The translations under genes and the position numbers were made by a program. The notes below the pieces were generated by a model, which worked only from the letters and a program-made list of their open reading frames with translations, was not told the DNA's origin and searched no databases. Shown here piece by piece: positions 38,528 to 48,179 of a DNA stretch of 64,000 bases (its first letter is position 1; the number at the start of each line of letters is the position of its first letter). Origin of the DNA: Alkalispirochaeta sp. Lineage in GTDB: Bacteria > Spirochaetota > Spirochaetia > DSM-27196 > Alkalispirochaetaceae. The stretch covers positions 608,001-672,000 of the forward strand of contig OZ271854.1 in NCBI GenBank assembly GCA_965601925.1. Direction: 5' to 3'.

Positions 38528-40162
38528 TCAGCGCAGCAACCGCCCGCCGAACCGCTTAATAACGTACTCGGTCACCTCGCTCATTGTATCGATCGAGCGC
38601 GACGAGTTTCCCGATCTGACGAAAAACCGTTCGACCGGCGGCGCACCCTTTGCGGCAATTCGGGTGTACAGCGGGACTCGTCCCTTGCGGACGTCCAACC
38701 GACAGATCTCCCGACCGTCGATGACGGGAAAGCGAATTCGGATACGATCGGCGGCAAAGGCGGTACCGTAGTGCGACGAGATGAGGTTACGCAGATGGAG
38801 CTCGAAATAGTCTTTTCCCTCGTCCTTGAGACAGCCGTAATCGGCGTCTAACCCCGCGATCTGGCCGTCGTCGGACACACCGATGAGAATCGTTCCGCCG
38901 CGATGGTTGTTAAAGGCCGCGATCGATTTAATGATCACCAACTCGAGATCCTTGTTGGGCCTCTTTTCGCGATGATCCCAGCGGAGTGACGCTTTTAACT
39001 CCAGCGACGCGGACTCGCCGCCGGCGATGCGCGCCTTGAGCTTCTCCTCGTCGGTAGCTTGGTCGATACGCGTCATGAAGTCCCGCACCAACAGAATCGA
39101 CAGGAGCGCGACGGCGCCGAATACGAGGGCGCCGACGAGTTGAAAGGGGAAATAGAGTCGTGCGATCCATAAGGCGTCTTCGGGAATGACCGTACCGACG
39201 AGAATGTCGGCGCGTCCTACGTTGAGGGTTCGCGAGTCCGTGCGCCAGGTGCGCCCCCCGTACTGGAACAGCACGTCACGAGAGAGTGCGGATACGCCGT
39301 CGGTCCGTTCGCCCAACGCCTCGGCGAGTAGGTCCGCCTCATCGCCGAAACGGATCGGCGGGCGCGCGAAGCCGGACTCGTCGAACGGTTCTGCGGTACC
39401 GGCGACCTCATCAATCGAAAAGATAAGATACTCGCCCTGGGGCAAAAGGAGAAAGACCGCCGCGTCGGAGACGCCCTCAAGCGGCTCCAGCCAGTGAGCC
39501 ATCGTGGCAAGGGGCAGGTCAAGCCACAGGTGGATCGTCGAGTCGGTCGATCGCGCACCGATCTCGGCCTCGATCGTCACTCCCGTGACGTCTTTGTCGA
39601 GGAGCGTGTACGGACTGCTGATACGAAATCGGACGCGCGATCGGATCTCCTCCACGGTAGCGATCGGCGAGTCCCACAACCGTAGGTACTCGATATCGGC
39701 GCGCCTGCGACGAGCGATCAAGGAGTCTCCGTGCTCCACGGTCGTCTCGTACCATTCATAGGTCTCGAGCGTATCGTCGAGTCGGAAGACCAACTCGCGT
39801 TCGGCATCGTCGGCTATTGAGATCGCCGAGACCGAGCCCATCGACGCAAGACTATGGAAGAGCGTGTCGGCGTAGGCGGCGGGATCACCCAACGAATCGA
39901 TGGCGCCGATCTCGACCCACAACGACGCCGAGGAGATAAATTGAAACAAGGGAGAGAAATACCCGTCGACGACCCTGAGAAAGCGCGTGGAAAGAGTGTC
40001 GACGATCGCTTCGTTGAGTCGTTCGCGAATCATCGTACTGCCGACGGCCAGAAATACGAGCGCCGCGAGCGCGGCGGACAGTAAGAGAATGGTCAAACGA
40101 CGAACGAACTGTCGTACTTGATCCGAACGATCGGGTTTCCATTCGATCCGGTATAAACTGAT
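38528..40162 (-). CDS. Two-TM periplasmic sensor (Cache-like) fused to a cytoplasmic Schlafen/AlbA_2 domain
   Basis: TM, about 300 aa loop, TM, then GESASLELKASLRWD...IAAFNNHRGGTILIGVSDDG...FFVRSGNSS. Start uncertain (ATC after GGGAGG). Confidence 0.8.
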   Translation of the reverse strand: MSLYRIEWKPDRSDQVRQFVRRLTILLLSAALAALVFLAVGSTMIRERLNEAIVDTLSTRFLRVVDGYFSPLFQFISSASLWVEIGAIDSLGDPAAYADTLFHSLASMGSVSAISIADDAERELVFRLDDTLETYEWYETTVEHGDSLIARRRRADIEYLRLWDSPIATVEEIRSRVRFRISSPYTLLDKDVTGVTIEAEIGARSTDSTIHLWLDLPLATMAHWLEPLEGVSDAAVFLLLPQGEYLIFSIDEVAGTAEPFDESGFARPPIRFGDEADLLAEALGERTDGVSALSRDVLFQYGGRTWRTDSRTLNVGRADILVGTVIPEDALWIARLYFPFQLVGALVFGAVALLSILLVRDFMTRIDQATDEEKLKARIAGGESASLELKASLRWDHREKRPNKDLELVIIKSIAAFNNHRGGTILIGVSDDGQIAGLDADYGCLKDEGKDYFELHLRNLISSHYGTAFAADRIRIRFPVIDGREICRLDVRKGRVPLYTRIAAKGAPPVERFFVRSGNSSRSIDTMSEVTEYVIKRFGGRLLR

Positions 40163-40333
40163 CTGCGCCTCCCGCGTTATTGCGGTACCATACCCTCGCC
40201 GTTCGGACCGTATCAACCCGCCGAGCCCGAGGAAAAAGAGCAATAAACGGAATGAGCCGTGCGGTGAGAAATGCGTACACTCGGAGTACGTTGCGGCGCG
40301 CAACGATACGTATCAAAAAACGGGAGGATACGG

Positions 40334-41185
40334 ATGAAACACGCGGAAACGCCCCATCACTTTCGGCTCGCCGAACGCTGCATCGCGTATCTCGACGGCC
40401 ATAAACGGGAAAAGGTCGATATGAAAACGCTCTCGCAACACGTCGGCGTCTCGGAGTTTCACCTCAATCGACTCTTCTCCGAGTGGGTCGGCATTACGCC
40501 GGATAGATTCATGCGATACCTCAAAAAGGAGGTCGTTCTGTCCCACTTGGCGCAAACGCCCCTACTTGATATCGCTCTGGATGTCGGATTCGCAAGCCCA
40601 AGCCGAGTACACGAACTGATGGTGACCTATGAGGCGATGTCGCCGGGAGAGCTGCGCCTGCAGGGTCGCGGCAGTGTAATCCGCCACGCCTTCGCCGAGA
40701 CGCCGTTCGGGCGGGGATTCATCGCCGCAACCGATCGCGGGATTTTGGTGCTTCGCTTTGCCGAGGAGACCGACGCAGACCCCGTAGGCGACCTCTCCCG
40801 CGATTTTCCGCACGCGGACATGCGAGAGGATACGGCCACCGGCGACGTCCTTCGAGACCTGTTCACCACCGGCGGCGGCACATCGCGGCGTCTCCATCTC
40901 CTTTTGCGGGGAACGAACTTTCAGGTCCGAGTATGGGAGGCGCTGCTCACCCTACCCTTCGGTACCGTAGCCTCGTACGGGGACATTGCACGCGCAATCG
41001 GCAAACCGTCGGCCTCTCGCGCGGTCGGGCGGGCGGTGGGAGCAAACAAGATCGCCTACCTCATCCCGTGCCACCGCATTATTCACAAAGTTGGGACGAC
41101 CGGCGAATATCAATGGGGGATCTACCGCAAAAAGGCGCTGCTGGCGTGGGAGGCGGCGACGGTTGATCGGGGTCGCGATCGCTGA
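40334..41185 (+). CDS. ada: AraC-HTH / methylated-DNA-protein-cysteine methyltransferase (Ada-like)
   Basis: HLNRLFSEWVGITP HTH; GTNFQVRVW; IPCHR active site. Confidence 0.88.
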   Translation: MKHAETPHHFRLAERCIAYLDGHKREKVDMKTLSQHVGVSEFHLNRLFSEWVGITPDRFMRYLKKEVVLSHLAQTPLLDIALDVGFASPSRVHELMVTYEAMSPGELRLQGRGSVIRHAFAETPFGRGFIAATDRGILVLRFAEETDADPVGDLSRDFPHADMREDTATGDVLRDLFTTGGGTSRRLHLLLRGTNFQVRVWEALLTLPFGTVASYGDIARAIGKPSASRAVGRAVGANKIAYLIPCHRIIHKVGTTGEYQWGIYRKKALLAWEAATVDRGRDR

Positions 41186-41273
41186 GTGTCGCTGCGGCGA
41201 GGCCGCGATGATCGAGAGGGGGAGGGCCGCGGGCCGCTCCCCCTTCAAAAGCCGGTGTCGGTATATTAAGACG

Positions 41274-42122
41274 ATGATTCGCGTATGCACCGCATGGGCG
41301 GTACTGCTCGGCACGATGTCACTCCCGCATACGGCGGAGACGCAGCAACCGCCGCTCATCGTCGGCACGTTTAACGTTCACTACATCAGCGACGATCAGG
41401 GGAACTTTGCGTGGGAGGTGCGAAGGGACGCGGTGGCGCGCTCGATTCGTGACGGCGCACCCGATATCATCGCATTTCAAGAGATGGAAACGTTCGAGGG
41501 CGGGCACTACAACGAGCGGAATGTGCAACTCGAGTTCTTACGCGATCGATTTCCCGAGTACGCCTTCGGTGCGGTGGGCGAGCCCGCCGAGTATCCCTCG
41601 ACTCAGCCGGTGATGTACCGCCGCGATCGTTTCGACCTTCTCGATCAGGGGTTCTTTTTCTTCTCCGCTACGCCCGATATGATCTACTCGAGATCGTGGG
41701 ACGGGCGTTTTCCGGCGTTCGCGTCGTGGGCGCGCCTGTACGATCGCCTACGGAGCGAGCGGTTCTATATCTATAACATTCACTTCGACCACGGCAGCAG
41801 GCGCAACCGTCTTATGGCCGCGGCGTTGACCGTAGAGCGCATCGCCGACCGTACCCATCCCGAGGATGCAGTACTCGTGGTAGGAGATTTCAACGCTCCC
41901 CGTTCCTTCCGCCCGGTACGTATCGTCGCCGAGGCGGGGTTTCGCGTCGCGCGCTCCCGCGGAAGTACGGTGCATTTTAACCGTGGCGTCAACGTCGTAC
42001 CGGCGATCGATCACATCCTCTACTCCGAACCGTTCCGCTTCCGAAGCGCGACGATAATACGGGAACGCTACGACGGCGTGTGGCCGTCCGATCACTATCC
42101 GGTGTTCGTCACCTTCGAATGA
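41274..42122 (+). CDS. Endonuclease/exonuclease/phosphatase family protein, exported
   Basis: TFNV, FQE, NIHFDH, GDFN, IDHI, SDHYPV; signal peptide. Confidence 0.9.
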   Translation: MIRVCTAWAVLLGTMSLPHTAETQQPPLIVGTFNVHYISDDQGNFAWEVRRDAVARSIRDGAPDIIAFQEMETFEGGHYNERNVQLEFLRDRFPEYAFGAVGEPAEYPSTQPVMYRRDRFDLLDQGFFFFSATPDMIYSRSWDGRFPAFASWARLYDRLRSERFYIYNIHFDHGSRRNRLMAAALTVERIADRTHPEDAVLVVGDFNAPRSFRPVRIVAEAGFRVARSRGSTVHFNRGVNVVPAIDHILYSEPFRFRSATIIRERYDGVWPSDHYPVFVTFE

Positions 42123-43398
42123 GTGACGCTATCGATCGCGCCGAGCCGCCTGAGCGTGCGGCCGCCGTATGTGCAGTCGGTGAGGGAATGTGAATCGCGA
42201 TACCGGCGCCGTGGCACCCGGTGGGCGCCGAAACGCTCCCGTGAAGTTGGTCGACCAACGCATCGACCAGGTATCCGCCGTGGGCCGAGACGCGTTGTGC
42301 GAATGCATACGCCCGGCTCTCGTCCGCTTTCCCGCAAAACGTGAGGGTCGCGTCGGACTTCGAAGCGGAAAATGTAAGCGAGCAACGGCCGGGTCTCTCG
42401 GCCTCACGGTGTACTACGCGCCATGTGCGTAGAACCTCGTCCACGAGGAGTGCAATCGGGCCGGCGGCGTCGAAACCGATCCGCACGCCGCGGGCCTCCA
42501 CCGAACACCATTGATGGGCGCCGAACCGACCGTCCGTTGCGAGGGAGTGATCCCTGATCGTCGTAAGGAGTTCCTCGCCGTCCACCGTGGCGGCGTCGTC
42601 ATTTCCGTGGAGTAACTCGTGGGCGACGGCCAGGCAGTACACGCGCGACCGAAAGGTCTCGAGAGTCGTTCGTGCGTCGACCTCGCCGTCGGACTCGAGG
42701 TTGAGGAGGCTTGCCAGGAGTTGCAGGTTGTTCTTGACGCGATGGTGCAGCTCGCCCAGCAATCCCGCCTGTAGCTCGAGATGAAACCGCAGTAGTTCGT
42801 TTGCATCGCGGACCTCGGCGTGGCGACGAAGAAGCGCAAGATGATAGGCGCGCTGCCGTGCGAACGACGCCTCGAGCCGCGTTACGAGAAAATCCGTAGC
42901 GAGCGCCAACACAGAGGATACAGCGAGAAAGTTCGTCATATGAACGGTCCACTCGACGACCGAGATAGACCATGCGAGGAGATCGCGAGAGAGCGCCCAC
43001 CCCAACACCACCGTGGCGGCGACAACTGCCGCGATGGTAACGAGAGCACCGGTACGACCCAAGAGGAGCGCACTGAAGGCGACGGCGGCGAAGAGCCACA
43101 CAATCCCCCCGCCATGCGGCCCTAACTGCACCAAAAGAAGCGTCGCGAGGACGAACGCGATTAGGATAACGCCGGCGACACGGATCATGTACGGTATGCG
43201 CTTGCCGATCCACAACACGAAAATCAACACATAGGCGGCCAGATCGATCCAAAATACGAGCCATAGGGACGCGGAGAACGAGAGCGCCAGGCTGGGGATC
43301 AAGGCGATAAGCGCCGCAACGAGGGCGATTCGCAAGCAGTAGGTGAGCAGCCGGTTACGCCAGGCATTAACGAGGGTTAGATCCGTCGTGAACGACAT
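42109..43398 (-). CDS. Membrane HisKA_2-type histidine kinase with degenerate ATPase domain
   Basis: About 6 TM; ELHHRVKNNLQ; N and G1 boxes not conserved. Confidence 0.8.
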   Translation of the reverse strand: MSFTTDLTLVNAWRNRLLTYCLRIALVAALIALIPSLALSFSASLWLVFWIDLAAYVLIFVLWIGKRIPYMIRVAGVILIAFVLATLLLVQLGPHGGGIVWLFAAVAFSALLLGRTGALVTIAAVVAATVVLGWALSRDLLAWSISVVEWTVHMTNFLAVSSVLALATDFLVTRLEASFARQRAYHLALLRRHAEVRDANELLRFHLELQAGLLGELHHRVKNNLQLLASLLNLESDGEVDARTTLETFRSRVYCLAVAHELLHGNDDAATVDGEELLTTIRDHSLATDGRFGAHQWCSVEARGVRIGFDAAGPIALLVDEVLRTWRVVHREAERPGRCSLTFSASKSDATLTFCGKADESRAYAFAQRVSAHGGYLVDALVDQLHGSVSAPTGCHGAGIAIHIPSPTAHTAAARSGGSARSIASLIRR

Positions 43399-43531
43399 GC
43401 TTCCAACTCAGTGTATCGCACCCGGGTGCGAGAAACACTTCTTATAACGCCGAAACCGCGACGGCGCGAGGGAGACGCGAGGTCGATGCAAATGTAACGC
43501 GGCTCACCGCTATCGATTCGGTCGTTAGTCG

Positions 43532-44584
43532 TTACCGGCGGGACGCGGCGGCCGCAATCCCCTTATCTACACGATCCGCGATCGCCTGCCGCTTTTCCGG
43601 AGAGCCGAGCACACCGGCCGCGGCGTTTCGTTGCCACTCCGCTACATCGTCCGCGGTAAATCCGAACTGCCGCGTCACGCGAAAAAACTCGTCGGTGTAG
43701 GTCGTCGCGAACATCGGGGGATCGTCGGAATTGACGGTGACGACGAGTCCGCTCTCCACCAGACGCGGCAACGGATGCTCCGCCAACGACGGTACGACGC
43801 CGAGACACACGTTGCTGGACGGACACACCTCGAGAAGAATGCGCCGGGAACGCAGATACTCGACCAGCTCGGGATCCTCCAGACAGCGTACACCGTGACC
43901 GATACGCACGGCGCCCAGCTCCTCGAGGGCGCCCCAAATGCTCGCGGGCCCGTCGGTCTCGCCGGCGTGGATTACGGCGGGCACTCCGGCACGTCCGGTG
44001 ATATCAAACGCCGCCTTGAACATCTCGGGTGGAAACCCGATCTCGTAACCACCGAGCCCCATCGCCACGATCGTCTCCCCCCAACTACCCGCAAGCCACT
44101 CGGCAACGAGGACTCCCTCCTCGGGCGTGCCGGTATCGCGCGGGATATCGACGATAACGCCGAAGGAGACGTCCAACTCCCGCTCCGCCCACGCACGCGC
44201 GCGATCGAGCGCTGCGAGTTGTGCGTCAAAGGCGATGTCGTAGTTCTGATAATGGGTGAGAGCGGTAAACGTGAACTCGGTATAGACGATATTTTGAGCC
44301 GCCTGGCCCTTAATGAAGTCCTTTGCGAGCAGTTCGATATCGTCCGCCGAACGAATGCACTTGGACGAGGTGTGATAAACGTCGGCAAAGTGCGGAAAGT
44401 CCTTGAACGTGTACCACCTCGCAATCGCCTCCGGTGTATCCACCGGCAGCGCTACACCGTTTCGCCGAGCAAGCTCGAGCAGCGTCTCGGGAGGTATACT
44501 CCCCTCTAAGTGAACGTGCAACTCGACTTTGGGAATCTCTCGAATGAAGGAATCCAACTGCTGTTGTGTACGTACCGCGTCCAT
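43532..44584 (-). CDS. add: Adenosine deaminase
   Basis: PKVELHVHLEG, HAGE, RIGHG, CPSSN, NSDDP. Confidence 0.93.
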   Translation of the reverse strand: MDAVRTQQQLDSFIREIPKVELHVHLEGSIPPETLLELARRNGVALPVDTPEAIARWYTFKDFPHFADVYHTSSKCIRSADDIELLAKDFIKGQAAQNIVYTEFTFTALTHYQNYDIAFDAQLAALDRARAWAERELDVSFGVIVDIPRDTGTPEEGVLVAEWLAGSWGETIVAMGLGGYEIGFPPEMFKAAFDITGRAGVPAVIHAGETDGPASIWGALEELGAVRIGHGVRCLEDPELVEYLRSRRILLEVCPSSNVCLGVVPSLAEHPLPRLVESGLVVTVNSDDPPMFATTYTDEFFRVTRQFGFTADDVAEWQRNAAAGVLGSPEKRQAIADRVDKGIAAAASRR

Positions 44585-44691
44585 GTACCACCATCATACG
44601 ACGCGGAGGTACCTCGAGCAAAGATATGCTATGCGAACACGCCCGCCGCCGATACACGCGACATGCGCCGCGTCTCCGGCGCAACCGTCGT

Positions 44692-45147
44692 TCACCGCAG
44701 CGTCAGGATGTAGTCCCAACACGCTGCCGAGACGGGCATGATCGATAGCCGATTACCGCGCCGTACAAGCGGCATCTCGGCGAGCGCCTCTTCATGGTCT
44801 TTGAGCGTATCGAGAGTAATCATAGCGTCAAACTTCTCGACAAACTCGACGTCGACGCGAAACCAGCGCGGGTTATCGGGATCGCTCTTCGCGTCGTAGT
44901 GCTTGTCCTCGGGATCGAACGCCGCAGAGTCGGGGTACGCGTCGGTGACGATTTTCATGATGCCGACGATGCCCGGCGGCTTGCTGTTGGAGTGGTAGAA
45001 AAACGCCAAATCGCCGACGCGCATGTCGTCGCGAATCATGTTACGAACCTGGTAGTTTCGAATGCCGTCCCACGGCTCAACCCCAACGCGCTGCAGATCA
45101 TCGATGCCGAACTCATCGGGTTCGGACTTCATCAGCCAATACGCCAT
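44692..45147 (-). CDS. EVE domain protein
   Basis: YWLMKSEP, WDGIRNYQVRN, FFYHS, RLSIMPV. Confidence 0.93.
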   Translation of the reverse strand: MAYWLMKSEPDEFGIDDLQRVGVEPWDGIRNYQVRNMIRDDMRVGDLAFFYHSNSKPPGIVGIMKIVTDAYPDSAAFDPEDKHYDAKSDPDNPRWFRVDVEFVEKFDAMITLDTLKDHEEALAEMPLVRRGNRLSIMPVSAACWDYILTLR

Positions 45148-45355
45148 ACACTTCCTCATATGCCCGGCGAAAACCGAGCCGTGCTTTTCCGCCAGAAGGT
45201 ACACGAATCGGACCGAAAACGACAATTACACGAAACGAGGGAGGCGGTCCGGACGCACCCGCGGTGCCGGCCGGGATGTTCTCCGTCATACCGGCCCGCC
45301 GATTCCGCCGCGGAGCCGCTCCGGATGCGCCATTCGGTGTAGTATGACGGCACAG

Positions 45356-45380
45356 GAAACCGCGCGGCGGTTCTCTCGTC
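45356..45380 (+). promoter_or_regulatory. ECF-type promoter upstream of the sigZ-like gene
   Basis: GAAACC-N15-CGTC. Confidence 0.6.
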
Positions 45381-45400
45381 GTAATGAATGAGGACAACGA

Positions 45401-46012
45401 ATGGAAGAGCTGTATCGAGAACTACACGACGCCGTGTTTCGGTACGTACGCCGACATATTGACTCGGACGAGACTGCCGAAGACATAACTCACGACATCT
45501 TTCTTAAGCTTCTTATCGCATTTCGCGACGGCGACGCGATTCGGAATGCCGGAGCGTTTCTCTTTCGCGCCGCAAAACACCGTATCATCGATTACTATCG
45601 TACCCGACGAGTCGGAGAACCGTACACGGAGATCGGCGACGACGTTGACGATCGTCGTCGCGACGAGATTGGTAGGATCGAGATTGCAAGCTGGATGCGC
45701 GGCACGATCGCAGCGTTGAGTGAGCCGTATCGCACCACTCTATTGATGACCGATATCGACCGCCTCCCGTACGGCGAGGTCGCACGCCGCCTCGATCTCA
45801 CGCCCTCGGGGGTGAAAAGCCGCGTCCGGCGCGGACGAGCGATGATGCGAGAGCGTCTTCTGGCGTGTTGTCGCTTTGTGTTCGACGCGAGAGGCCGCGT
45901 CGTGGACTACGAGTCCATTGCGTGGAGAGCCCGAAGGGGACGCCGCGAGTGCGCAGCGGAAGGAACGACACCGACCATCCGTGAATCGTGTGGGTGCAAC
46001 ACGTCTCAATGA
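45401..46012 (+). CDS. sigZ: ECF RNA polymerase sigma factor, SigZ-like, with Cys-containing tail
   Basis: AEDITHDIFLK region 2, VKSRVRRGR region 4, LLACCRFVFDARG C-terminal motif. Confidence 0.8.
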   Translation: MEELYRELHDAVFRYVRRHIDSDETAEDITHDIFLKLLIAFRDGDAIRNAGAFLFRAAKHRIIDYYRTRRVGEPYTEIGDDVDDRRRDEIGRIEIASWMRGTIAALSEPYRTTLLMTDIDRLPYGEVARRLDLTPSGVKSRVRRGRAMMRERLLACCRFVFDARGRVVDYESIAWRARRGRRECAAEGTTPTIRESCGCNTSQ

Positions 46013-46384
46013 GAGACGTGACGCCGGATCACCTTCGATGAAGATCAACACATAGGTACCGGCGAATAGACCGTTGCGCGCAAAGACAGATTGAGTCACG
46101 GGACCGCAGTCGTCAGGATCGACGGGGGCGAAATCGACCGTGAGAGGAAGTTCATCGGCGAGAGCCGGTTTCGGCCGAAACCGCGACCTATCGCGGGCCG
46201 ATTACGCACGAACGGGTAGCGAATGCCGATCCGGCGGCGGCGCCTCGATTTACACGGACGCAGTGCATAAACCTCAAGGAATACACGCCGATCTATAATG
46301 AGGAACGTGCCGATCGACCGTCGGCGTGAGGCCGATACGCACGAATGGTCGGATATAGGCGCGCAGGACACTATCGTGAGCGTT

Positions 46385-47176
46385 ATGAAACTGTTGAGCC
46401 CGATCCGGCGTATCATTCGTCGATACGTCGAGATTCACGGATCACTTTTGACGAAAGGCTTGAGCTTCAGCCTCATCGTCGGAACCGTTCCCCTTCTCTT
46501 CACGCTCTTTTTAGCCGGTTCCATCCTCGTGACTCCGGAGATCGTAACGCTCTTGGAGGGGGAGCTTCTAAACTTTTTGCCCGAAGGGATACGTCGTGGG
46601 TTTCTCGCCGGAATCGAGCGGTACTCCCGTAACCCGGGCTCCCTGTCTCTGTTCACCGTCGCCTTTTTTCTCTTGGCGGTAAACAACCTCTTTTTCGACC
46701 TCTATCGTACGCTCGCAGTCGGCATCGGTTGCCGCTGGTCGCCCAAACGAGGTCGCATTGCCGCGGTGGCCGCCGGCGCGCTGCTTCTGGCCCTGCTGTA
46801 CGTCGCTGCGCTCGCCTCCGCGGCCGCGGAGCTCATAGGTCGGATCTATCCCCTTCCGACGAGGTTGATCACCTTCGGAAGTCGGTCCTTTTCGGCCCTC
46901 GTTGCCACCGGCGCCTTCTTTGCCATCTTTCGCGCCGCCGCCGGGCGACCGCTCAAGAGGGGACGCACCATAGCCATCTCGCTGGGAGCGGCGATCGTGT
47001 GGCGCGTTCTGTTTACCGCCGGCGGCGCAACGGTACGCGTCGCCGGCTCGCGCTTCGTCGCCTACGGTGTGATGGCGTGGGCGGTCGTATTTCTCACCTT
47101 CATGCGTCTTATGGCGGAGATCCTGCTCTTTTCCGCAATTCTCATACGCGAGTTCGCCGTGTCCGACGACACATAA
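46385..47176 (+). CDS. YihY/BrkB family membrane protein
   Basis: About 6 TM; LSFSLIVGTVPLL; YGVMAWAVVFL. Confidence 0.7.
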   Translation: MKLLSPIRRIIRRYVEIHGSLLTKGLSFSLIVGTVPLLFTLFLAGSILVTPEIVTLLEGELLNFLPEGIRRGFLAGIERYSRNPGSLSLFTVAFFLLAVNNLFFDLYRTLAVGIGCRWSPKRGRIAAVAAGALLLALLYVAALASAAAELIGRIYPLPTRLITFGSRSFSALVATGAFFAIFRAAAGRPLKRGRTIAISLGAAIVWRVLFTAGGATVRVAGSRFVAYGVMAWAVVFLTFMRLMAEILLFSAILIREFAVSDDT

Positions 47177-47280
47177 CCGTCCCGCACCTCGATCATCCCC
47201 TGCCGGCGACCTGTCTATCGAACATGCGGTCGCCGACGGGCCTACGCGTGCGGTCGCCCGCCGGACCGCGCGGGCCGAGC

Positions 47281-48084
47281 TTACGCAGGCGGTTTGTGCC
47301 CGCGAATGGTCGCCGATGCGACGGGATAGTTCGGCTTGTCGATGCTCTTCCACGACACATTCGAGCCGCCGATCTCCACGCCGGCCTCCTCAAAGCCGGC
47401 TACCCTGAGCATGTCGACGACCGACTCTTCGGTCTCCGCTCCACTCACGCACGATCCGTACAACGCCATGTCGGAGCGCTCTGCGTCGGTCATCGGTCGT
47501 AACGCGATGATATCGGAGATCGCTAGCCGTCCTCCCGGCTTCAGTACGCGAAACACCTCGGCAAACACCCTCCCCTTCTCGGGCGAGAGATTGACCACGC
47601 AATTCGAAATCACGACGTCCACGCTGTTATCGGAGAGTGGAAGCGCCTCGATCTCCCCGAGAACGAACGCGACGTTCTCGACCCCGCCGATACGCGCGTT
47701 ACGGCGAGCTTTCTCGACCATCTCCGGTGTCATGTCCACACCGATTACGCGTCCCGCCGGACCGACGGTGCGCGCCGCGAGAAAGACGTCGACGCCGGCA
47801 CCGCTTCCCAAATCGAGCACCGTCTCGCCGGGCGCCAACTCGGCGACGAGAGTCGGATTCCCGCATCCGAGGCCCAGATCGGCCCCTTTCGGGAGCGTGC
47901 GTATCTGATCAGCGGTATATCCTCCGCCGCACTGCGTCGAGGCACCCTCCTCGGAGGAAGATCCGCAACAAGAGACGGTCTCGCCCACCGTTTCGCAACA
48001 CGATCGGTCGTCCTCGGACTCGACGACGACCGATCGATATCGATCTCGCACGGTCGAGCGTACAGCCTTTGGTGAAACGTTCAT
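47281..48084 (-). CDS. arsM: Arsenite methyltransferase
   Basis: N-terminal CC pairs, LGLGCGNP, LDLGSGAG, ISNCVVNL, GSCVSGA. Confidence 0.92.
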   Translation of the reverse strand: MNVSPKAVRSTVRDRYRSVVVESEDDRSCCETVGETVSCCGSSSEEGASTQCGGGYTADQIRTLPKGADLGLGCGNPTLVAELAPGETVLDLGSGAGVDVFLAARTVGPAGRVIGVDMTPEMVEKARRNARIGGVENVAFVLGEIEALPLSDNSVDVVISNCVVNLSPEKGRVFAEVFRVLKPGGRLAISDIIALRPMTDAERSDMALYGSCVSGAETEESVVDMLRVAGFEEAGVEIGGSNVSWKSIDKPNYPVASATIRGHKPPA

Positions 48085-48122
48085 ACTCCACTCCTTTGTA
48101 GCGATAGTTGCATACCATTACA

Positions 48123-48147
48123 GACGACGAGGCGGAGTGACGGTTTC
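48123..48147 (-). promoter_or_regulatory. ECF-type promoter upstream of arsM
   Basis: Minus-strand GAAACC-N15-CGTC, same elements and spacing as at 45356. Confidence 0.6.
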
Positions 48148-48179
48148 ACGGTGCGGGTGCACCCACGGTACGGCCGAGA

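Noticed and set aside
38528..45147. AlbA_2, Ada, EEP, add and EVE as one defence or nucleic-acid repair island
   Set aside because: Mixed orientations, ordinary housekeeping families, and no mobility genes or shared regulatory motif seen.
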